64,000 nucleotides of DNA from Histomonas meleagridis 2922-C6/04-290x. Its lineage: Eukaryota > Protista > Parabasalia. The notes below the pieces were generated by a model. That model was not told where the DNA came from, searched no databases, and saw only the letters and a list, made by a program, of their open reading frames with translations. Shown one piece after another: positions 33,801 through 44,046 of this stretch. Position numbers and translations under genes: made by a program. Location of the stretch: positions 1 to 64,000 of the forward strand of contig JAANOX010000238.1 in assembly GCA_020184695.1 (NCBI GenBank), given 5' to 3'. How positions within the stretch are numbered: the stretch's first letter is position 1; each line of letters begins with the position of its first letter.

Positions 33801-34620
33801 TGTGCAATACTAATTCTACCAATGTGATTTTGTATATGTTCTAAAATAATAACATAAAATTGATGACGTTGAGGGTCTGTAAAACCTCTAAATTCTATAA
33901 TAAAATTATCTGGATTAATACGAAGAAATTGACGTAAATTTATAAAATTATTTCTAAAATCATTTGCAGTAATTATTATAATCAGGGACTGAAGGTGGAT
34001 TAGGTGTTTGAGGTGGAGGTAGTGAAAAAGGTGGAGGTGGTGGGTTATCAAAGACAGGATATTTATTAGGACATCCATGTTTAAATGGTGTTGAAGATGG
34101 AGTAGGTAATTCAACAGGCGGATAAATAACGATTGATTTATCATCTATAATGGGCATTCTTTTTTCAGATATTTTTTTAACAGGTTCTTGTTTAAGTGGA
34201 ATTTCAAAAACATATAAATCTTTGTCTATAATTGGTTCCGGTTTTTCAATTCTTGTTGGTTCATCAGGATTTATAAAATCGTCATCATTTTCATTTGGTA
34301 ATTCTATTTTATATGGTTCCAAATCTTCATATGTAAATTTTGTATTTAATGATATTGATCCTTCATCAATTTCATTTTTTAAATCTCCCTGTTGTTTATT
34401 GTAACCTAAATAAACTATATCTGAATCTTATTCTTGTTGAGTTTCACCCCAAGGTTTAATTTCTGCTGGTTCGTTTTCATCTTCTTCTTCATATTATATA
34501 GGTATTGTTTGTTGTTGATACTTGTTTATAATTTTTTTTATTTGAGGTGATGGTAGAGTTTTTTTATATGTTATAAATATTTTTTTGGAATATTTCTTAT
34601 CTACGATAAGAACCTTTGCC
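30863..34620 (-). pseudogene. polB: Protein-primed family B DNA polymerase with acidic/Pro-rich N-terminal extension and vOTU-like domain (several frameshifts)
   Basis: NDCCFIYAL/FEQHYF (OTU-like); YGDFES, FHNLAYDSKF, YCRQDV (Exo I-III); YGGRC; DFDAVSLYPSAM; KLIMNSCYGK; YQDTDS; KKTY. Confidence 0.95.
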
Positions 34621-34823
34621 CTTATATAAATCAAATAAATGTCTAATTAACAAAAATATTATCATTAATTTATGTAAAATTGATTTTGAATCATTTTTTT
34701 TCACCTGAATAAAATTCAGAATTTTTCTTATCGATATTTAATTTGCCTGTAAAAAATTCTACTCAATGATAATATAACAATATTAATTGTTATTGATCAA
34801 TATTATTTGTATTATTTAAATTT

Positions 34824-36733
34824 TCAATATTGATCAATATTATTTAAATTATTTAAATTTTCAAAAAAGCTAATAAATAATAAAGCATTTTTCCAACAAA
34901 TAGATAAGCTGTTAAATATTTGAAGTATGTAATTAGGTATAGACTTTGAGGAGACGCAACTATTATTGTCGACTTGATTTTCTGAATAATCTTTCCTTAC
35001 CTTAAACAAATCTTCTAGATTATAATCGTCAGTATTAATAATAAAAATTCGTGGAATATATCCTTCTACGACTTCTGAAAATATAAAATTATTGCATATA
35101 GAGTTTTTTGAGATAATTTTGAAGTAATAATTAATATTATTATTATATGCATCTAAAATATTATATAGGGACATGGTATTGTTACTGTCAAATATTTTAG
35201 TAAATTTGAATGAAGTAATTTTGATTTCTGGCATTTTATATTGAATTTTTCCTTATTCACTAATTTCTTCCTCTTCGGTTTTCTCTTCTTCTTCTGGAAT
35301 ATAGGTGAAACTTTCAAATGGTCTTTCATCCCATATTAATTTCGGCCTGTTCTCATTTATAGTTGAAGGATAATAAAACAAGTCTTTATTGATGTGGAAT
35401 ATTTTTAATCCTTTAACATTGTTATCTAATAAAAATTTTAATAATGTTATCATTATTCTCATAATATGTTATAATAATTCAACATCATTGTAATAAATAT
35501 GGTTCAAATGATGTGGGATTGTTTTTTGTGATCCTTCATAATATTCAGTACTGAAATCGAAATCTAATATTAATTTTATTTCAGGAACAGCTAGCATATA
35601 TCTAAAAAAGTATTTAAACCAATCTTTAAATAAATAAATGATAAATTGTTTATTTACAAAAGATATTTAACTAAAAAAATTCAGAACTAAAATAAAGTAA
35701 ATTTATGATCATAAAATAAAGTATTAAATATATTAAAAATATATGGTAAATATTTGTTTTGATGAATAAATAAGGTTTCATTGCTTATACTTTTACCAAA
35801 ATATCTAAAATCATAATTCAAAAATTTTTTAAAATCATAAACAATGATATAACCTTGATCATCTTCTTCTTCATATTCTCTTTGTATAACGCATCCTGCA
35901 ATAAATTTTTTTTCGATTTGGTTGTGTTCTGGTAAATATTTATTTTGTCATATATTAAAATCGTTTAATATGAAAGAATATTGTGTATCTATTAATGTTC
36001 TAACTAATTTGAATGTAAAAAGTTCATTTTCATATGTAAGTATATGTTGTAAAGGGACACTTTATCATTTTTCATTTTTTTCAATCTCTTCGTACCATAT
36101 AGAATTAAATTTTGATGGTTCTTTGTTTGGATCATATTTTATGTCTTTATTAATTTGTTTTGCTAACATTATATCTAAATCTTTGGTTTTTGATATAATA
36201 ATTTCTTTTTTTTTGACTTTATTTTTTTCTTCTTTTTCTTCCTTTTCTTTTTCTTCTTTTATTTTTAATTCATTCTGTATTTGTTCATAAGTTATACTAA
36301 CAAATATTTTATTGAATATTTCCGGATATTGTTGTTATAAATAAGTATTTTCATTAATTTAATACAATACAGTATGAAATAATCTTAATAATTCAAAAAA
36401 CCAGACTTTAATATTACTGTATTTTTGTAATTTTGTAATACTAGGTGGGATAGTTAAGATGACATCATTTACTTTCAAGAAAGTTACCTCATAATGAGAT
36501 ATAAAATGAGTAAACTTCAACAACCAATTTTGGAATATATTTATAAGAAGTATATTATCTTCATTCTTCATTTCATCAAAAAAATTCAGAAAAAATAATC
36601 CAATCCGTGTATCAGGAGCTATGGAATTAAACCAATCTATAATATACACAGGATAATCTTTTTTGATGAAATAATAAGGATCTTCGTTTTGTAATTCTTC
36701 ATCTGTTAGTTTCCCTGAAAATTTTAATATCAT
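34824..36733 (-). other. Cluster of 3-4 related Maverick cargo ORFs (34824-35234, 35253-35640, ~35880-36300, 36359-36733)
   Basis: Shared motif P.YI...F..I....R..LF..NF; homologous to 44047-46235. Confidence 0.55.
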
Positions 36734-37145
36734 ATTCTGGTTAGTATATAATGCGATCGGGACTGATCACCAGGACCCTAGGGGCCCCGCCCTTCAATCC
36801 CCCGAGTGTGCTCGCTTCGCTCGCAACAAAAATCGAAATGATTTTTGTGAGCCATACAATTCGTCTGAAAATTTGAATGCGCATTCAATTTTGAGAGAAC
36901 GCGAAACTTTTTGATAGGGACGATAGCATATTTAGCACCACTTGTCACATAAACCTAACAAAAACCTCGCTTAACCAACACGAATTGTCCCCGGTTATCC
37001 CGGTTATGTTTGGTCGGACATTAATCCTATACAATTTATCTTTGCCACGAGGTTAGTAGACAAAAGCGACGGTTATTTCGGTCGCATGGCAAACTTTATT
37101 TTAAATAGTTAATAATTGTTATAAATTATCACTTCATTTTTCTTC

Positions 37146-37613
37146 ATGAATGCACATATTTATTCCATTGCTCAAATTGCGGACAATATCAAAAATAAGG
37201 ATCTTGATGCTATTGATGTTGCAATATTCTTTGATCCTAAATATAATAAAATGGGAAATTACAACAATTTTATTATCAATCCAATTGGGATGATAATAAA
37301 ACATAGTAATTTTTCCGAATTTTATTTTATTCACAAAGAAATAATAGAATTCTTTGACAATCCAATACTAATATCAATTCCAATTACTGAAAATAAGAAA
37401 CCACCTATAAATCAAAATGTTCATTATTTAGAAATAGACTTATTTCCATTGAAATGTAAATTTGGACGATGGTATGCGTCATATATCTATGAGTCATATA
37501 ATGATGAAATTAATCGTACATTATTAGATAATGTAATCGTTAATAGTCAACATAAAGACAAAACTCATCAATCTGCTTTTGATTTAAGACAGGATCTTTT
37601 CAAGAGTGCCTAA
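37146..37613 (+). CDS. Hypothetical viral protein, 155 aa
   Basis: Intact ORF within the Maverick gene array. Confidence 0.5.
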   Translation: MNAHIYSIAQIADNIKNKDLDAIDVAIFFDPKYNKMGNYNNFIINPIGMIIKHSNFSEFYFIHKEIIEFFDNPILISIPITENKKPPINQNVHYLEIDLFPLKCKFGRWYASYIYESYNDEINRTLLDNVIVNSQHKDKTHQSAFDLRQDLFKSA

Positions 37614-37644
37614 AAATAAAAAAAATGATTTTAATTTTTTTTAT

Positions 37645-37899
37645 TTATTTTGATTCCATAAAAAAACTAGAAGGTGATGAATATAATCTACTATTTTGTC
37701 TTTCAATTGGATAATTTGATAATTTTTCAAAATAAATTGAATTACTAATAGTTAGTTTTAATGACTTTATATACTGAATAGAAGGATCTATTAAATCAGA
37801 TTCTTCTTCTATCGTTGATGAATTTGTTGGCTCTTTGTCATAATAAGTCTTGATCACCTTCGTGCTATCAGACATTAATAAAAATGAAAATTCTATCAA
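37645..37899 (-). CDS. Hypothetical viral protein, ~77-84 aa
   Basis: Tail-to-tail with 37146 ORF. Confidence 0.4.
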   Translation of the reverse strand: MIEFSFLLMSDSTKVIKTYYDKEPTNSSTIEEESDLIDPSIQYIKSLKLTISNSIYFEKLSNYPIERQNSRLYSSPSSFFMESK

Positions 37900-37941
37900 A
37901 TTACAATGAATTTTTGAAACTAAACTATGACAAATGGGACG

Positions 37942-37964
37942 CAGGCGTCCTTAAAGGACGCCTG
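37942..37964. other. Perfect 11 bp-arm GC-rich palindrome in an intergenic gap
   Basis: CAGGCGTCCTT-A-AAGGACGCCTG. Confidence 0.85.
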
Positions 37965-38023
37965 GGATTTGGCATAGTTTAGTTTCAAAAATTCAAAACA
38001 ATATATATATAAATAATATTTTA

Positions 38024-38293
38024 TTATTTCTTTTGACCAACTAGTGCATTTGCTACACCATCTATAACAGGTGAGAATTTATCTGCTATTTTAATTCCTT
38101 TTGCAATAGCACCTGCATGACCAGGTAAATTTTCAATTCCAGGTATTTTACCTACTGTATTTACAACAGGTTTAGCTACTTTATTCCATACATTACCAAT
38201 AAATCTACCAACTGGTTTAATAATTTTATCTCTGAAGTAAGCACCTGCTTTTTTAAATTCATTTTTAATTTTGTTCCAAAAACCACAAGCCAT
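38024..38293 (-). CDS. Small amphipathic protein (MACGFWNKIK...), candidate membrane-lytic virion protein
   Basis: Intact; alternating K/hydrophobic pattern FWNKIKNEFKKAGAYFRDKIIKPVGRFIGNVWNKVAK. Confidence 0.65.
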   Translation of the reverse strand: MACGFWNKIKNEFKKAGAYFRDKIIKPVGRFIGNVWNKVAKPVVNTVGKIPGIENLPGHAGAIAKGIKIADKFSPVIDGVANALVGQKK

Positions 38294-38334
38294 AAATAAT
38301 AATAAAAATAAATTCATTGTTTTATTAAATCCTG

Positions 38335-38545
38335 TAATATTATCTTATTCCTATCTTTTTCTTTTACATCTTTAAATATTATTTTATCATTAGGTTTATA
38401 TGGTAGAATTCTATTTTTATTACCTAAATTCTTTTCATGTTCTAACCATTTTTCACATTTTTTTGTTGAATTTTTCTTGTTGTTCTTTACTTAACTGAAA
38501 TTTGCTCAAACCTTTTTTAATTTTATTTCAAAAACCCCAACCCAT
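38335..38545 (-). pseudogene. Second GFWNKIK protein (W to TGA, internally deleted), ortholog of 840-1304
   Basis: MGWGF*NKIKKGLSKF...KWLEHEKNLG. Confidence 0.55.
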
Positions 38546-38580
38546 TTAAAAATTATGAAAAATATTTTTCATTTTTATTA

Positions 38581-39930
38581 ATGTATTATAATAATACGCA
38601 ATCCAAAAATGAACAAGATGATCAAGGTAATGTTGGAGCTTATTTTGATCGTCTTAAAGATTTAATTGCTAAAAATGATGGTACTAGTTCTTTTATTTTA
38701 AGAACTGAAGATTGTCATGATCAAAATGCTCCTTTTAATCAATCACAAGAAACTAGATTAAGAATTACTCATGGTGATCATATGGTTTCACAAATAACTG
38801 AAGGTTTTATTAATTTTAAAATTAGAATAACTGTACAATTATCAAAAGCTATTTCATCTGGTAATTTACAAGATCCTGAAAATTTAGCTAAAATATTTAT
38901 AGGTTTTAAGAGTTCTAATCAATTATTAGATCAATTACAAATTATGTCTAATAATATTTCTACTGGTTATCAACAAAATGAATGTTGTCGTGAAGGTTAT
39001 TGTTATTCTACAATTAAACCTTATGCTGAAAAGAAAACTAGGAAATATACACATTCTTTATATGAAAATGTTTCAGAATATTCTCAATCTGTTTGTGGTA
39101 CTTATGTTGATTTAAATACAATTGCAGATGGAAATAAACATGATATCGAATTTGAAATGAATCTTCCATTTGAAGATATATTAGCTTTACAAGCATTTGA
39201 TTTATATCCAAATAGATTAGTTGGTGATATTGAATTAAAGTTTTATGTTAAACAAAATGGTTTAGTTTGGTGTCAAGTAGATCCACGTAAAATTAAATAA
39301 GTTAAAGAATTTTTAGAAGATTCTTCTATTAATGCTACTTTTAATAATTTACCTTTATTTACTCATGGTTTTACTCAAATAGGTAATTCTGCTAATATAA
39401 CTACTACATTTAAATGTGATACTGAAACTAATCATACTATTGATACTGTATCTGAGAATGTTTCTTTATATTGTACAGGTTTAACTGTACTTTCATGTAA
39501 ATCTAATATGTTTGGATTTGGAGTTAAAGAAGAAACTTTAAATAAAATAGCTCAAATACTTCAACAACCTGGAGGTTTATTAATTCCTTCACAACAATTA
39601 GATTATAATGCATTTGCTTTAGCTGCTACTGAATCTGGTATATAATCTACTATTAATATGGCTTTATTTAATGTTACAACTATTACAGTTGTATTTCCAA
39701 AACATCCTAATGATTATACTTGTTTCGATAATCCTATTTATAATAATGTACAATTAACTATTGCAGGTCAAAATTATCCTGATGAACCTATTTCTACTTT
39801 AGGTGCTAGATTTTTACAATATCAATTAGTTGCTTCTGATTTAGATGGTGGTATACAATGTACTAAAGAATTTGAAGATTCTTTAACTATGGATAGAAAT
39901 GATTCTAATGGTACAAGATATAATAATAGA
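38581..39930 (+). pseudogene. Trichomonas-type Maverick major capsid protein, in-frame stops, C-terminus missing
   Basis: IFIGFKSSNQ, SVCGTYV, PFEDILALQAFDLYPN, LVWCQVDP, FPKHPNDYTCFDNP, ASDLDG; breaks after RYNNRLS. Confidence 0.75.
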
Positions 39931-41199
39931 TTAAGTGTGCATTGTGTGTGTATCGGTATGAACCATCATATTTTTTAACTCCTGTTTTCCCATTATTTTG
40001 TTAATAAAAAATTAAATTTCTGGCAATATATTATCAAAGGAATATTGTTAATTATAAATATGTGCCTTTAAAAATATATTATGATATAAAAGGAATTTTA
40101 TATCAAATAGCATTATCAGCGTAAATTGTTATATAAAATTGACATTGAACGATGAATAGGTTATTTATTGATTAATAATTATCACTTTCATACCTTAAAT
40201 AGAACAGATGGTTCCAATTCATTATTATATAAATAAAAACATTTTTCTGAATCTTTATATGTATTTCTCAAAATTTATTTGAATGATGTACCATTTCATT
40301 ACCCCTGACTACCGTTATTCTATATGGGGTCCACTTTCGAACATATTTTATTTAATACACTGCATACATAAAAACTTCTAAAATTATTTAATGTGTCGTT
40401 TTATATTTCCCTAATATATTTTTGGGATTAGAGAATCAATATTTAGAAAAAATCTTTGTAACTAGCTAAATCAAGTTACTATGGTGCATTTTATGAGTTT
40501 ATTTGTATAGGCATGATAAATCCACTTTTTTGAATTTTTTACAAATCATCTTTGAAATTCTTATACATACATTATTTTTTCTAATTAGATTCTTCGATAT
40601 TTCATATATGATTTTATTTTTTTTATATATGATGAAGAGATATTTAATCTAAAAGTTTTGAACAAATTAAACCATTATTTTTTCGAACTTTTTCGATGTG
40701 ATTTAGTACACTACGAAAATTACTGACAAACTTTTATCATCATCATAAAGAAGTTAAAGAACTTTGTTCATATTATCTTAGTGCACACATCTTATTTCTA
40801 AAAATAATATTATTACAAAAATTTTTTATTGAATAGAAATCGAGATGAAAGGGTCATACTTTTTTTACCCCCTATCCCCTTCCCATATATTTTTATTTCA
40901 AATAATGATTAATAAAATTTTTGGGCAATTTTTACTTTATTTGCAATGAATTGATCAAGAAATATGTTTATTTATTGCTCGTTTATCTCAATGATTTAGC
41001 ATATCGTTGACCATCGGCGCACCGACAAAAATAAACCATACAAAAGTGATATATGTCACTTTTAAATATGAAAAAAAATTTATCTTGACTTATCATGAAT
41101 ATTATTCTATATTTATATTGATTAATATTCTCAATTATGTGCGTATATTATGTATTTTTAATGGCTAGTACTTATATCTTCCCAGTATACCTATGACCG

Positions 41200-42650
41200 A
41201 ATTTCCGAAACGAATTTGATGAATATTATTATAAATATTGAGTTCAATATATATATTATATCTGAGAATGTTGCGTGTCGATGCATATTTGTCATATTAA
41301 AATTGAAAATATCGAATAATTTAAAATTATTTAAGGAATACGATGGCAATTCGTAAATTTTAAGAAATTTTTATGTCAAAAAATGTAGAACATAGAAATC
41401 AAATTTGAGAAGGAATATTTCTCCACAAAAATATTTTGAATGGGAATTTTTCAATGCTATTTATAAAATCACGCATAATTGAAAGGCATTTCGACTTTTT
41501 GAGAGGAAGGTATTCAAATTTCTACTATTGCTTGGAGAGTACCAAAAGCATTATTTAATGTTGTTGAAGAAAAAATATACATAGGATAAAAATCATCCAT
41601 GGCGTCGTGCCCATTGTTTTTAAACCAATATGGCATAAAACAATGATTAAGATTTCGTAATGAATCTACAGTTACACAAGAAACGCCATCAAGATCTATT
41701 TTCTAAATTCAACCATCCGTTTTTATTCACAAAAATCCTGGTTTTCGTAATTAATCTGAAACGGATCTATTTCAAAATGTGTGGACAATCGTTTGTAAAT
41801 GATTTTTTGCTGATTGGTATTTCAAATATATTTCCTTTATGATTCACAATATATTTTGACCATTCATCAAAAAAAGTAACAAAATTACTTCTATATGATG
41901 GATCAGCATCCGTTGAAATTCCTATGACTTCTATATTATTTTTATTTATGATACCGGGGATTGTTTCTATCATTTTCATAACATAGTCATCTGCCGATGA
42001 ACTTGAACTTAGATAAATATGTATCGAAATAGATTTAATATTAAATAATGGACATAAAGTAACAATAAAAATGGAATTTGCAATATTCTTATTTTTGAGC
42101 TGAAAGTTAAATATTTTCGAGTACATCAGATAATCTTTACGAATATTTTCAGGTATATAAACTAATTTTCTGTCAACCACACCATCTATTGCACCTTTAT
42201 GATTAATATATGAATCTTCATCGAGTTTCATGGTATCGATTGATAATGTACATTTTAAATCATCAAATTCATACAAATTTCTCCGAAAATCTATCATATA
42301 ATTTATATTATCGACATGTCGAAACTTTTCAAAATAAAAAATTTTTCATTTTGAAGCCAATAATAAATAATAAAAGCACTTGGCCCCTTCATATTAATCT
42401 TAAAAAAATTATAAACTTTTTGTCCAAAGTTATTATAAATCGTTATCCAAAAGTTTTCCAGTTTTTCATCATATTTTAATTTACGACGTAAATTTAAATC
42501 TGATTCTTGTATTATATGTGAAAATATAGGAATAAATTCTTTTGAAATTTTATCTTTTTCTATTTTTTTTCTTGTCTTTTTTTTTCTTTTCTTCCATTTT
42601 TTTATTTTTTTTGTTTCTTTCGTTTGATAATCTCGAGAGAGTTAATCCAG
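41200..42650 (-). pseudogene. P-element/THAP9-like transposase, decayed
   Basis: GQKVYNFFKINMKGPS; CTLSIDTMKL; VIGISTDAD; DCPHILK.IR (DxxH). Confidence 0.65.
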
Positions 42651-43128
42651 GATTTTTTTTAATATCAATACAACTAATATAGATATTACTAAGTATGGTA
42701 TTTTCAATAACATCAACAATGATACTATTGATGAATCTTGTTTAGTTCAATCATTTATTGCTAGTAATTAATTTACAGAAAATGAAATTAATATGTTAAG
42801 ATCATTTATCAACACTAGAACAGTTCCTCTAGAACCATTAATAGATATATCAGATTTATCAAAAATACATATTAATATCAGATATATGGCTAACAAAAAT
42901 TTTGCTCAAAGAGATTATGGAAAACAATATGATAAAAGTATAAAATCAATTTTTATAGATAATCATTATATGTTGAATGAAAATGTTCATATATCAATTG
43001 ATAGTATTAAAAATTATAATAAATCTAAACCCATCGAATATACAGATGAATATATATCTATATATTATTTAATTAATGTTATGAAACAATATAATTCGTG
43101 TAAAATATATGGATATCAACATTTATAA
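42650..43128 (+). pseudogene. Stand-alone vOTU-like domain with Cys and His retained (one in-frame stop)
   Basis: GFFFN...IDITKYGIF...DESCLVQSF...INMLRSFINTR...IFIDNHYMLNE. Confidence 0.6.
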
Positions 43129-43480
43129 TAAATTATGTTGGAGCTACAAAGCAGTAATTAAACCTTATAATAGTTATAGATTAATAAATATACCTGATAA
43201 AAAGTTTATACCTAAATTTGTTAAAAAAATGAAGCATAGCAAGATACGATCTGCAATTATATCATCTATAGGATCAGAAAAACTTAAAATTATTAATGAA
43301 AAATTCCCATTTAATTTTGAATTAGGATTCTTCCAAAACTGTACTAATAGTTTACTTCAAAACAAATATTTTCAATTTATATATCTTGCTAATAAAAAAC
43401 TCATCATCTATGGATTCTTTTGAGAAAGAACTAGTAATAATGGCTGGTGATTATAAATATCATAATCTTCTTTAATTACA
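43109..43480 (+). pseudogene. Probable frameshifted continuation of the vOTU gene, unknown domain
   Basis: Overlaps the previous ORF by 20 nt; no exonuclease motifs. Confidence 0.35.
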
Positions 43481-43785
43481 CTTATATAAAAAAATTACAA
43501 ATGTCGAACAGACTTAGTCAAATTAAAAATTAAAAAGTGACAAAAAGGACATGTCATATGAAAAACACCATATTTACTAATATCAATTGAATAGTTTGCA
43601 AAAAAGGTGACAATATAATCATCATTCAAAAAGTGGATAAGATAATATGATGCCAAATTAAGTATAACATTGAATGGAACACATCATAACTTTGCCAGAA
43701 AAGTATAATTATAAAATTTACATATTTCAAAAAGTGAATAAAAAACAAATAAATGGCAAATAATATAAAAGTGTCATTAAGATAA

Positions 43786-43880
43786 ATGGAATACGAAGTT
43801 GTTCAATACATAGGTCATAAATTAGGTAAGGGACTATTGTTCAAAAAAAATTGGGCTACTGGAGAAATAAGCTGGGAACA
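43786..43880 (+). pseudogene. Chromodomain-like fragment truncated by the GC-rich element
   Basis: MEYEVVQYIGHKLGKGLLFKKNWATGEISWEQ fits YEVE.I.GH......K.W..GE.SWEP. Confidence 0.55.
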
Positions 43881-43965
43881 AGTGCTCCGCGGAGTCGGGC
43901 TACGGCAGGTTTGTGATAAATGCACTCATTCGCGCCATTAGGGCTCTCTATGGGGGAGGGGGGAT
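43881..43965. repeat. Second copy of the GC-rich element at 18026
   Basis: About 90% identity over ~80 bp. Confidence 0.9.
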
Positions 43966-44046
43966 TAAATTTCATTAAATAAAGAAAAAGAAAAAAAAAA
44001 AAACAAATATTTCCCTTAATTAAGACGTCAATATAATAGTCAAAAT

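Noticed and set aside
35922-36290. Plus-strand hydrophobic 122 aa ORF
   Set aside because: Antisense of a Lys/Glu-rich minus-strand cargo gene
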